A stretch of 64,000 nucleotides of DNA, from the NCBI GenBank assembly GCA_045599445.1, contig JAZRWB010000027.1:1344-65343 (forward strand), written 5' to 3'. The DNA comes from Kiritimatiellia bacterium (GTDB taxonomy: Bacteria; Verrucomicrobiota; Kiritimatiellia; RFP12; UBA1067). Positions 19,601-27,334 of this stretch are shown here, one piece after another (within the stretch, counting starts at the first letter, position 1; every line of letters starts with the position of its first letter). Below the pieces are notes generated by a model, which saw nothing but the letters and a program-made list of their open reading frames with translations, was not told the DNA's origin and did no database searches. A program made the position numbers and the translations under genes.

Positions 19601-19761
19601 GGTGTCTCGGCTGGAGCTTCTGCCGGCGTCTCGGCCTGCTCGGCAAGATCCTTCAATAGATCGTCGAGATCATCCTGCGCAAAGCCATACTGCGGAACGG
19701 CGATTGCACCCGCAACTGCGCCAATGGCGACAATTTTCCTGATGTTCGTCATATTGACCAC
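16663..19761 (-). CDS. Secretin (type II secretion / type IV pilus outer-membrane channel; Amuc_1098-type)
   Basis: The C-terminal secretin signature is VVLGGLITEQRKAMDDKVPFLGDLPFIGRLFRSHAEQTIKRNLLIFVTGRLI. It has a signal peptide and a Pro/Ala/Glu-rich N-terminal linker. The start is ambiguous: GTG 19761 or ATG 19752, downstream of AAGGAG at 19770..19765. Confidence 0.9.
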   Translation of the reverse strand: MVNMTNIRKIVAIGAVAGAIAVPQYGFAQDDLDDLLKDLAEQAETPAEAPAETPAVAPVAEPEPAPVAEPEPAPVAEPAPAPAPTVASNQEVDDVLNLLDELASESGEAPVAAGEAPKAITPVALGDAAIVAELAATERLRRGALDAQAKREIVEARAAMENEEFTDAVRHYGIAAKLLNDRPAMKKLRRECDQGIAEGLYRSALQEDEYGRRDRAVKLMEKAVDMRHPKARAVLEDWLEEGDPEANKVDVSELKHRKNESDYKSDRDNIAKHLRRSRQYLALREMKKALEEAEIVLVSDPANQEAMRLKRTIERKRQTILKQEREAAREGMIADVDEAWRPVYAVNAAQLREVDSETRKVALGADPERSQEQEIIRRMKEMRLPNISFKPPATIVEAVDSFRQMSKDYDRPDLPPEKRGFNFVLRTPQPVTVARSEESEGFGGDVEAPSTGLAVITTLAASDISFYDALKLVCDTVDYKFVVNGSVVMVMAKGEASSDMVSRQYDVQDVLSEHVASAAEELNSGKGGNRFGAVNRASAKDDEEQRDWKNVFTQLGVNWPEGSSIVHIKALGKLFVHNTLENLAQFEKVLEALDAQPKMIEIETRFVEVAQEDLNSLGFEWILNDDVGINLNGGVARALGIHGGTFSPVSSASGDGGSSSGFNFDNRDVGGTTSGTGGSAASAATSGTAWHRSTGSRERIGLNAFGGGSEYGNGNRYLSTMSNHISGEGKSTNDQFMRVNAFLGSADLSMILHMLSQRSDTDLLSAPKIVTSNGQQATIKVVTEFLYPKDYDVQLQSSSSGGGYNSSSQSSILAIVEPQNFEMREVGVILDVTPSYIQSGNVIELELKPQVVDEPTWKNYGMKIPFTGNSSLQNFEGIGGIFDGLANSIQAIAEIPPKTAEWIITTETDAAKAALDNLTKSQSDNMTYYDAPMEQPFFHVRSIDTKVYITPGSTVVLGGLITEQRKAMDDKVPFLGDLPFIGRLFRSHAEQTIKRNLLIFVTGRLIKPTGREYRPGDEAADEAEVKAAPTVE
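19529..19600. repeat. 3 x 24-bp in-frame tandem repeat in the secretin N-terminal linker
   Basis: The units are GGCTCGGCAACCGGAGCGGGCTCC, GGCTCCGCAACCGGCGCGGGCTCG and GGCTCGGCAACCGGAGCAACCGCC. They encode (EPAPVAEP)-type repeats: VAPVAEPEPAPVAEPEPAPVAEP. Confidence 0.85.
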
Positions 19762-19783
19762 CTACTCCTTATTTTCAAGCACA

Positions 19784-19812
19784 ATTATACTCTTTATTGT
19801 TTCGTTATTCAA
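19784..19812 (-). promoter_or_regulatory. Sigma70-type promoter for the secretin gene (-35 TTGAAT, 17 nt spacer, -10 TATAAT)
   Basis: The minus strand reads TTGAAT (19812..19807), then 17 nt, then TATAAT (19789..19784). The -35 is built from the upstream gene's last codons and stop (CTT GAA TAA). There are 22 nt between the -10 box and GTG 19761. Confidence 0.6.
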
Positions 19813-20899
19813 GGGTTTTGAGCGTACGTTTCTTGCCGGAGGCGACATCCTCCAACGTGACTTCGGCTTGGTCGCCGACCGGTTTTACGGATAGCACTCG
19901 ATAGCGCTGACCGTTCAGATCGATTTCCGAGCCGCTGATTACCTCAAAGGTCTTGACCTCGCCACGAGTGTAGGTCAGCGTCGCCTGCACGTCGATCGGG
20001 GTTTTGGTCTTGCCGCTCGGCTGGGCGACCAGCTTGACGATCTTATGATCCTGGATACGCTCCAGCGTGGCCTCGGAAACGTCCGCGACCCGCGTAAGCC
20101 CCTCCGCGCCCGGAACCGGAACTCGCGCGGTCTTGGCCTCGTAGTTCTTGACGATGTAGCCCGGCTTGTAGGTCTTGTCGGAATCGGCGATCTCCTCGCC
20201 GACGAGCGCGGTCAGCAAAACGCCCTTCTTCCCGAAGCCGTTGAGCCGGTCGGGGTCGAAGAATTTGAGTCGCCAGCCGGCGGGAATCTGCTGCGCTTCG
20301 CGGAACACGAACGGCACGTACGTCTCCTTGAGCGGAAGGACGATCGCGAGCGAGTCGAGATAGTCGGGGTGGCTCTTCGCGTCCGTCGGATCGGTCTTCG
20401 CCTCGAATTCCTCGAGGTTGGTGAATCCGTCGCCGTCCTTGTCCTCGTCGGCGTCGGCGGCGTTCGCCGGATTCAAACCGTATTTCCGCTCCCAATCGTC
20501 GGGCAGACCGTCCTTGTCCGCGTCGAGAATCGCGGCCACGGCCACTTCCTGTTCCTCGCCGCAGAACGGACACTTCGGAAACTTCTTCACGTCACCGCCG
20601 ATTACCTTTTGGCATTTCTTGCATTTAACGCGCACTTCGCTCGCGAGAAAGCTCTCCTTGTCCTCGGCGACGGTCGCGAGCGACGCGGGGTTCTTGACGA
20701 ATTTCACCGCAGAGGCGAATTCCGCCATGTCCTCTTCCGCCACTTCGGTTTTCGCCGGCTTCATCCGCTCGACGCGCAACTTCACTTCGGCAACCGCGCT
20801 TTCCTCGTCCGCGGCGTCGGTAAGCGCGAAAAACGCGAGCGCTCCCAATAGTGCCACCGCTCCGAGGCCGGCCACCAGCCATTCGTAATGCTGCTTCAT
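19805..20899 (-). CDS. Membrane-anchored pilus-cluster protein with a zinc ribbon and TSP3-like Ca-binding motifs (Amuc_1099 position)
   Basis: N-terminal TM segment (WLVAGLGAVALLGALAFFAL). CKKCQKV...CPFCGEE zinc ribbon (~20555-20626). DADKDGLPDDWERKYGLNP and DADEDKDGDGFTNLEEFEAKTDP (~20365-20530). ATGA overlap with the upstream gene. The family call rests on synteny only. Confidence 0.6.
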   Translation of the reverse strand: MKQHYEWLVAGLGAVALLGALAFFALTDAADEESAVAEVKLRVERMKPAKTEVAEEDMAEFASAVKFVKNPASLATVAEDKESFLASEVRVKCKKCQKVIGGDVKKFPKCPFCGEEQEVAVAAILDADKDGLPDDWERKYGLNPANAADADEDKDGDGFTNLEEFEAKTDPTDAKSHPDYLDSLAIVLPLKETYVPFVFREAQQIPAGWRLKFFDPDRLNGFGKKGVLLTALVGEEIADSDKTYKPGYIVKNYEAKTARVPVPGAEGLTRVADVSEATLERIQDHKIVKLVAQPSGKTKTPIDVQATLTYTRGEVKTFEVISGSEIDLNGQRYRVLSVKPVGDQAEVTLEDVASGKKRTLKTLE

Positions 20900-21834
20900 T
20901 TCGCGCCCTCCTCCAGCGAATTGAAATCGTAAACCGCGAATTTGAGATTGACCGTGAACGGCGGATCCGTCACGGGGTCGGCGACCTTGACGTTACCGAC
21001 GGGCTTCTCGGCCTCGACCGTCGCCTCGGCTCCGCGACGCGCGCGCCGAGACGATCTCGCCTCGGCCTTCTTCTCGCCGGCGAGGGCGGAAGCGAGCGAA
21101 TCCTGATCGTGCTGAAAACCAAGACTTTCGACGACGACGAATCGGTCGGCGACGGTAAGCGCGTTAAGCGCCTTGACGAGCGCCGCCGGGCGCGCGACGA
21201 ACGAAAACTCGTAACGCATGGCCTTGGGAACGGCGGATTTTTCCGATGCTTTCGCGTTCTTCTTCGCCGGCTTCCGGTTCTTGGGCGAAGTCGCGGGCTT
21301 GGCGGCCGCTTCGTCCTTGATAACGGCGAGCGACACGAACTTCTCGACGCCCGCGCCCTTCAACGCGTCGGCGACGGTCGCGACGTCGTCCCACTGGCGC
21401 TGCAACGTTCCGAGCTCCGCTTCGGAGGGCATCGCGCCGCCGTTGATGTAGTCCTTAAAGGGCCCGTATTCGAATTCCGCGTCGATGCGCTTGGCGTCGC
21501 GACGCAAAAACTCCTTGAACGCCGCCGGCGTGGTCGGCTCGAGCTTGCGATCGCCGGCGGCGACGAGTCGCTCCGCGTCGTCGCGCCAGGTCGCGAAGGT
21601 CGATGCCGCCGCTTTCAGCGCCTTGACGTTGCCGGATGTCGGATAAATGGATTTCCGGGAGAGTTGCTCCGCCTTGACGAGACAGGTCTCGAGGCCGTCC
21701 GTACCCTCTTCGTAGTCGCCTTCGAGCGCGACGACCTTTTCGCCATAGGCCCGGTAGGCGAGATATGCGGCGACGACGACGATCAGCGCGAGCGCGCCAC
21801 CGACGATCGCCAGAAGTTTCTTCGTCTTCGTCAT
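20896..21834 (-). CDS. Amuc_1100-family pilus-like membrane protein (312 aa)
   Basis: Start ATG 21834 (MTKTKKLLAIVGGALALIVVVAAYL TM anchor) overlaps the PilM-like stop as ATGA. TTPAAFKEFL, LVKALNALTVADRFVVVESLGF and VNLKFAVYDFN resemble segments of A. muciniphila Amuc_1100 as I remember it. This needs alignment to confirm. Confidence 0.65.
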   Translation of the reverse strand: MTKTKKLLAIVGGALALIVVVAAYLAYRAYGEKVVALEGDYEEGTDGLETCLVKAEQLSRKSIYPTSGNVKALKAAASTFATWRDDAERLVAAGDRKLEPTTPAAFKEFLRRDAKRIDAEFEYGPFKDYINGGAMPSEAELGTLQRQWDDVATVADALKGAGVEKFVSLAVIKDEAAAKPATSPKNRKPAKKNAKASEKSAVPKAMRYEFSFVARPAALVKALNALTVADRFVVVESLGFQHDQDSLASALAGEKKAEARSSRRARRGAEATVEAEKPVGNVKVADPVTDPPFTVNLKFAVYDFNSLEEGAK

Positions 21835-23435
21835 TTGAACTTCACCTCCACCGTAAACTGTTCGAGTTCGCCGCCCTTGCCGAGCCGCACCTGTTCGACG
21901 ATCTTGATGCTCGTCGGATCGATCGCGGACTTGCCCTTGAGCTTCTCGACCACCGTCTCGGAAACGGTCTTGCCGTTCGCGCCCTTGACGCGATCGCTCC
22001 ACGAACGAATCGTGATCCGACCGTCATTCGACCACTTTTCGATCCACATCCCCGGCAAAAGCGCTTCCCGAACCGCGTTGAGCCGCTGCACCGTCGCCGA
22101 ACGCGAGAGCATCAGATCCTTGAGCGCCGTCGCCTCGGACTTGGCCGCGTCGAGCTCCTTGGCGGCCGCGGTGATTTCGCGATCGACCGCGCTCAAGGCG
22201 CTCACCGTCGTCGCCACCGCGTCGCGCTGCGCGGCGATGGTCGTCGCCTCGCGATGGTAGGTCATCATTACCGCGACAAGCGCAAGCGCCATCATCGCGC
22301 CGCCGGCGACGAGATACGGGATGCGGGCGCGCTCGGCGCGATCCGCGACGATTGACGGCGGCAGGAGATTGATTGCGAAGCGCGCCACTCCCGCCACGTG
22401 CAAGGCGATGCCAACCGTCGAGGCGATGATGGGGCTCGCATTTTCGAGCTCGGAAACGTCGAGCGCTCCGAAAGCCGTTTTTTCGAAAGGATTGAGGTAT
22501 TCGACTTCGATGCCCAGCGATTCGGCGAAGAACCGGTCGATTTGCGGCAGGAGGGCGCTACCACCGGTAAGATAGAGCTTGACCGGGGCGTTGCCGTGCT
22601 GCTGGCTGCGATAGAAGTTAATCGATCGGGAAATCTCGGCGTGGAGCCGCGTCATCACCGCCCGGCACGCCTTGGAGACGCGATCGACGATTTCGTCGGC
22701 GTCCTCGGTAACGCCGCCCTCGGCGACGTAGCCCTTCTCGCGCTTCAAGGCCTCCGCCTCTTCGAGCGAACAGCCGAGCGCGCCGGAAATCTCCTTGGTG
22801 ATCGCATTGCCCGCGATCGGAATCGAACGGTTGTAGAGCTTGTCGCCCTCGACGACCACGAGCGAAGTCGTGCGCGCGCCGATATCGAGAACGATGGCGC
22901 ACGCCTCCGCCTCGTCGGGACGGTTGAACTTGAGCGCGTTGGTAATCGCGAGCGGCGAAACGTCCACGTAATCGGGGCTGAAGCCAAGTCCGGTCAACGC
23001 CGAGGTAATCGCCTCGATCTGGTCGACCTTGGCCGCGACGATCATCACCGACTTGTCGCCGTTCTCGGCGTCGCCGAGCACCTGCCGGTCGCAGACCATC
23101 TCGTCGATCGGGAAGGGAATGCCCTGCTCGATTTCGTAGCGAACGAGCTGCTCGAACTTCTCCGCGCCGCCGACCATCGGAATCGACGCGAACTTCGGAA
23201 ACGTCATCTGCCCCGAAATCGCGAGCGCGAGCTTGCCGGGCTTAAAGCCCTTCGCGCCGATGATTTCGCGCAAGGCGGGAGCGAGAATGGTTTCGACGTT
23301 ACCGCCGTCGAGCGGCGAGGCGAGTTCGGCGACACCGTATTTAAGGAGCTTTACCGCCCCTTTCGCGCCGAGCTCGTACTCCGCGAGCGCGACGTTCGCC
23401 GCGCCGATGTTGAGAGTCTGAATTGTCTTGGCCAT
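21831..23435 (-). CDS. PilM-like actin-fold pilus assembly protein fused to a PilN-like TM/coiled-coil segment (Amuc_1101-type)
   Basis: The N-terminal ~340 aa are PilM/FtsA-like (LNIGAANVALAEYEL, VMIVAAKVDQIEAITSAL, IVLDIGARTTSLVVV, LYLTGGSALLPQIDRFF). Next come FAINLLPPSIV and the TM segment IPYLVAGGAMMALALVAVMM (~22250-22400). A coiled-coil and beta region follows, as in PilN. Confidence 0.8.
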   Translation of the reverse strand: MAKTIQTLNIGAANVALAEYELGAKGAVKLLKYGVAELASPLDGGNVETILAPALREIIGAKGFKPGKLALAISGQMTFPKFASIPMVGGAEKFEQLVRYEIEQGIPFPIDEMVCDRQVLGDAENGDKSVMIVAAKVDQIEAITSALTGLGFSPDYVDVSPLAITNALKFNRPDEAEACAIVLDIGARTTSLVVVEGDKLYNRSIPIAGNAITKEISGALGCSLEEAEALKREKGYVAEGGVTEDADEIVDRVSKACRAVMTRLHAEISRSINFYRSQQHGNAPVKLYLTGGSALLPQIDRFFAESLGIEVEYLNPFEKTAFGALDVSELENASPIIASTVGIALHVAGVARFAINLLPPSIVADRAERARIPYLVAGGAMMALALVAVMMTYHREATTIAAQRDAVATTVSALSAVDREITAAAKELDAAKSEATALKDLMLSRSATVQRLNAVREALLPGMWIEKWSNDGRITIRSWSDRVKGANGKTVSETVVEKLKGKSAIDPTSIKIVEQVRLGKGGELEQFTVEVKFK

Positions 23436-23453
23436 GGTTTCTCCGAAATCAGT

Positions 23454-24152
23454 TTATTGGATCGTCGCCTCGTAGTCGTTCGGGCAAACGAGACCCCAAA
23501 TCGTCTTGGAGCGATCGACGAGTCCCTGACGGCGCTCGATCATGGGCTTGCCATCCTCGGTCTTGGCGTTCATGATTTGCGAGTCTTCCCAGAACTTGGT
23601 TCCCGTTTCGATACCCTTGATCTCGCTCCAGCAATCTCCGCCGAGAGTATCGCCCTTCTCGTTGGAAATTTCCAGACCCACCGCCTTGGGCTCGCCGTAG
23701 CGCTCCAAGTACGACGGCGGCAATACCACCGACGCGCCGTGGGTACCGGCCGGAATGTTGAAATAGGCAACGGTCGTCGTAAAGTAGCTGTAGGGCGAAA
23801 GACCTTCGCGATTGCCCTTGTTCTCCTTCGCGGTCTTGGTTTCCAGGAGGACGTGCCAAGTGAAAGTAAGCTGGTCGAGGAACCGTGACTCGTCGGTGCC
23901 GAATGTAGTGTACTTCGTCTTGAGAACAATCCACTGGCGCGGCTTCTTGAAGTACTCGTTGAGACCGTTGATGTTCGGCGCCATCGCGAGCGCGCCCTGG
24001 CCGAGCTGGACTTGTTCGACGAGAATCTTCGCCGCCTTGCCCGTGGTTTCCATTTCGTCGTTGCCCGCCATCGCCTTTTGCTTGCCGCGGGTCGCCGCCA
24101 ACGCCGTCACCGCCGCCATCGCCACCGTCGCAACTACCATCAACTGCTTCAT
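23454..24152 (-). CDS. Secreted protein, first gene of the pilus-like cluster (Amuc_1102 position), 232 aa
   Basis: Start ATG 24152 (MKQLMVVATVAMAAVTALAA signal peptide), preceded by GCGAGG. The longer track ORF (to 24707) is an Arg/Gly-rich artefact overlapping kpsF. The family call rests on synteny only. Confidence 0.6.
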   Translation of the reverse strand: MKQLMVVATVAMAAVTALAATRGKQKAMAGNDEMETTGKAAKILVEQVQLGQGALAMAPNINGLNEYFKKPRQWIVLKTKYTTFGTDESRFLDQLTFTWHVLLETKTAKENKGNREGLSPYSYFTTTVAYFNIPAGTHGASVVLPPSYLERYGEPKAVGLEISNEKGDTLGGDCWSEIKGIETGTKFWEDSQIMNAKTEDGKPMIERRQGLVDRSKTIWGLVCPNDYEATIQ

Positions 24153-24168
24153 TTTGTACCTCGCTTTC

Positions 24169-24177
24169 TTTATAACA
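24169..24177 (-). promoter_or_regulatory. Extended -10-like box TGTTATAAA for the pilus-like cluster, built from the last kpsF codons and stop
   Basis: The minus strand reads G-TGT-TAT-AAA (24177..24169). This overlaps the kpsF end ...GTG TTA TAA. It lies 16 nt upstream of ATG 24152. There is one mismatch to TATAAT. Confidence 0.4.
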
Positions 24178-25156
24178 CTTTCATCTTGGGCAGATCCTGG
24201 ATGTCCACCAACCCCACGACCTTGCCCGCGCGATCGCAGACCGGCAGGTCGTCGATGCGCTTCTTTTCGAAAATCTTCAACAGTTCCGCCGCGTAGGCGT
24301 CGTCGTAGACGAACGACGGCTTCTTCGTCATATAGTCCGCGATCTTCGCCGAGAGCGCCTGGTCGCCGCCGCCCTGCGACATCACGCGCCGGAAGTCGCC
24401 GTCGGTGAAAAAGCCCGCGAGCGCGCCCTGATCGTCGACGATCGCCGCCGCTCCGCCCTTCGCCGCCGTCATCGCCATCACCGTTTCCATCACCGTCGCG
24501 TCGGGCTTGACGAGCGCGAGCTTTTCGCCGGTGCGCATGATGTCGGAAACCTTCATCACCAACGCCCGGCCGATCGCGCCCGCCGGATGGTTCATCGCGT
24601 ACTCCTCGATCTTGAACTCCTGCGCGTCGATCATCACCATCGCGAGCGCGTCGCCCATCGCGAGCGTCGCGGTTACGGAATTCGTGGGCGCCATCCCGAA
24701 GGGACACGCCTCCTTGCCGCAGGGAATCTCGATGTGGATGTCGCTTAAGTTCGCAAGCGTCGACTTGGCGTTTCCGGTCATCGAAACGACCTTGAGCCCG
24801 TGGCGACGAATCGCCGGAATGAGCCGAATCACCTCGTCGCTCTCGCCGCTGAAGGAAAGCGCGATCAGAATGTCGCGTGAAGAGACCATCCCGAGGTCTC
24901 CGTGCATCGCCTGCACCGGATTGAGGACGATCGAGCGCGTGCCCGTGGAGGCGAAAATCGCGCTCATCTTCTCCGCGACGTGCAGATTCTTCCCGACGCC
25001 GGTAACGACGACGATACCGCCCGCTTCGAGCGCACCGCGCATCATCGCGATCGCCTTGACGAAACTCTCGCCGAGCGAATCGCGCGTCTTCTTCAGGCCT
25101 TCGATTTCGACGTCGAAGACCTCGCGAGCGCGCTGAAGCTGTCTTTCTTCGGTCAC
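24170..25156 (-). CDS. kpsF: Arabinose-5-phosphate isomerase (KpsF/GutQ; SIS plus tandem CBS domains)
   Basis: SIS motifs are VVVTGVGKNLHVAEKMSAIFASTG and ALSFSGESDEV. The C-terminal CBS pair includes IVDDQGALAGFFTDGDFRR and LPVCDRAGKVVGLVDIQD. GTG 25156 overlaps the pta stop as GTGA. Confidence 0.88.
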   Translation of the reverse strand: MTEERQLQRAREVFDVEIEGLKKTRDSLGESFVKAIAMMRGALEAGGIVVVTGVGKNLHVAEKMSAIFASTGTRSIVLNPVQAMHGDLGMVSSRDILIALSFSGESDEVIRLIPAIRRHGLKVVSMTGNAKSTLANLSDIHIEIPCGKEACPFGMAPTNSVTATLAMGDALAMVMIDAQEFKIEEYAMNHPAGAIGRALVMKVSDIMRTGEKLALVKPDATVMETVMAMTAAKGGAAAIVDDQGALAGFFTDGDFRRVMSQGGGDQALSAKIADYMTKKPSFVYDDAYAAELLKIFEKKRIDDLPVCDRAGKVVGLVDIQDLPKMKVL

Positions 25157-26190
25157 TTGGCGGTCGATTGCAAAAGGGTTACGCACACGGTCGCGACGAT
25201 GTCCTCGGCGCTGCAACCGCGCGACAAATCGTTCATCGCCTTCGCGAGACCCTGGAGATTCGGGCCGATCGCGTCCGCCCCGCCGATGCGCTGGGCGACT
25301 TTGTAGGCGATGTTGCCGGCCTGCAGGTCGGGGAAGATGAAGACGTTGGCGTTGCCCTGAATCTCGCCGTCGGGGTTCTTCTGCTTGCCGACCGAGGGAA
25401 CGATCGCGGCGTCGAACTGCATTTCGCCGTCCATCTTGATTCCCGCCTCGGCGAACTTCGGCCGCGCGAGTTCCACCGCCTGCTGCACCTTTTCGACGAG
25501 TTCGCCGGCGGCGCTGCCCTTGGTGGAGAAGGAAAGGTACGCGACCCGCGGTTCGTTGCCGGTCAGGTCCTTGTAGCTCTGGGCGGTCGCAAGCCCGATA
25601 TCCACGAGCTGCTCCGCGGTCGGGTTGGGGATTACGCCGCAGTCTCCGAACGCGAGCACGCCGTCGCCCGAGGCGGTCGGAGTCTTGAGGTCGATGATGA
25701 AGCAGCTCGACGCGGTCTTCACGCCCTTTTGGGTTCCGAGGGTGTGGAAGGCGGCGCGAAGCATGTCGCCGGTGGAGGCGATCGAGCCGGCGACGAGTCC
25801 GTTCACCCGACCGAGCTTCACCATCATGCCGCCGAAGTAGATGCGCTTGGTACGCAGGGTCTTTTCGGCGCCCGCGAGATCGATGAGCTTCTGCTTCTCG
25901 GCGGGCTTCTTCGACTCCTTGGCGTTCCAAGCTTCGAGATAGGCCTTTTCGAGTTCCGCGTCGCCCTGCGTGTAGTCGATTGCCTTGATGCCGCGGTCGG
26001 CGAGTTTAACGCCCGCCTTCGCTTCGGCGTCCGCGATTTCCGTCGGCGTACCGAGAACGACGGGCGTCGCGATCTTGCGATCGACGCAAGCGCAAGCGGC
26101 GGTGATGACGCGCGGATCCTGACCTTCGGGCAAAACGACGGTGCCGTTCAGCTTCGATGCGCGTTCGATGATGTTCTTAATGGCGTTCAT
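25153..26190 (-). CDS. pta: Phosphate acetyltransferase
   Basis: VVLPEGQDPRVITAA, GLVAGSIASTGDMLRAA and NVFIFPDLQAGNIAYK in a 345-aa short-form Pta. Confidence 0.9.
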   Translation of the reverse strand: MNAIKNIIERASKLNGTVVLPEGQDPRVITAACACVDRKIATPVVLGTPTEIADAEAKAGVKLADRGIKAIDYTQGDAELEKAYLEAWNAKESKKPAEKQKLIDLAGAEKTLRTKRIYFGGMMVKLGRVNGLVAGSIASTGDMLRAAFHTLGTQKGVKTASSCFIIDLKTPTASGDGVLAFGDCGVIPNPTAEQLVDIGLATAQSYKDLTGNEPRVAYLSFSTKGSAAGELVEKVQQAVELARPKFAEAGIKMDGEMQFDAAIVPSVGKQKNPDGEIQGNANVFIFPDLQAGNIAYKVAQRIGGADAIGPNLQGLAKAMNDLSRGCSAEDIVATVCVTLLQSTAK

Positions 26191-27329
26191 TTCTTCAATA
26201 CCTCCACGGTGTCGCGGGCGATCATCAGCTCTTCGTTGGTAGGCAACACCACGACCGGAATCTTCGAGCCATTGGCGGAGATGATCTTGGTTTCGCCACG
26301 GACTTTGTTCGCCTTCGGATCGAGCTTAATGCCGAGCGCTCCGAGGCGGTTTATAATGCGCCGCCGGACTTCGTCGGAGTTCTCGCCGATACCGCCGGTC
26401 ATGATAATCGCGTCCGCCCCGCCGATAATCGTATTGTACGCGCCGATGTACAGCGCGACGCGATAGGCGAGCATCTCCAGCGCGAGTTCCGCGCCCTTGT
26501 CGCCCTTCGCGGCCTTGGTGCAAAGATCGCGGCAGTCTCCGCCCTTCACGCCGCCGACCGCCTGCAGCCCCGACTGCTTGTTGAGAATCGTGTCCATTTC
26601 CGCGGGCGAAAGCCCTTCGCTCGCCATAATGGACAGAACCGCCGCCGCGTCGATGTCGCCGCAGCGCGTACCCATGACGAGACCCGCGAGCGGGGTCAGC
26701 CCCATCGTGGTATCGACGACGCCGCCGTTCTTGATCGCCGCGAGCGAAGAACCGTTGCCGAGGTGGCAGGTTACGAGGTTGACCTTCGCGAGCGGCTTTT
26801 TGAGGAACTTCGCCGCCGCCTGGGTAATGAACTTGTGGCTGGTGCCGTGGAAGCCGTATTTGCGGATTCCGTACTTCTTGTAGTACTTGGGGTCGATCGC
26901 GTACATTCCGGCGCAATCGGGCATCGTCGCGATGTGGAAGGCGGTATCGAAGACGCCGACGTTGGGGACGCCCTTGAAGATCTTTTCGCACGCCTCCACG
27001 CCGCCCAAGTTGGCGGGCATGTGCAGGGGGCCGAACTTCACGAGCTTCTTGGCTTTCGCCATATTCGCCTTGGTCATGAGCGCCGACTGGGTGAAGACCT
27101 CGCCGCCGTGCAGGATGCGGTGGCCGATGGCGTCGATGCCCTTCGCCTGATCGCCGAGATCGGCGACTACCTTCTTGAGCGCTTCGGCGTGATTCTTGGG
27201 GCCGCCCGCGCCGATGCGTTCGACGAGACCCTTGGCGAGCCGCGTCTCGCTCTTCATGTCGAAGAGCTGGTACTTGAGCGAGCTCGACCCCGAATTGACT
27301 ACGAGAACTTTACGAATCTGCTTTTTCAT
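26187..27329 (-). CDS. ackA: Acetate kinase
   Basis: VLVVNSGSSSLKYQLFDM, GHRILHGG, YGFHGTSH and IMTGGIGENS. The start lies only 5 nt after the stop of the 4037-aa gene. Confidence 0.93.
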   Translation of the reverse strand: MKKQIRKVLVVNSGSSSLKYQLFDMKSETRLAKGLVERIGAGGPKNHAEALKKVVADLGDQAKGIDAIGHRILHGGEVFTQSALMTKANMAKAKKLVKFGPLHMPANLGGVEACEKIFKGVPNVGVFDTAFHIATMPDCAGMYAIDPKYYKKYGIRKYGFHGTSHKFITQAAAKFLKKPLAKVNLVTCHLGNGSSLAAIKNGGVVDTTMGLTPLAGLVMGTRCGDIDAAAVLSIMASEGLSPAEMDTILNKQSGLQAVGGVKGGDCRDLCTKAAKGDKGAELALEMLAYRVALYIGAYNTIIGGADAIIMTGGIGENSDEVRRRIINRLGALGIKLDPKANKVRGETKIISANGSKIPVVVLPTNEELMIARDTVEVLKK

Positions 27330-27334
27330 CTCTC

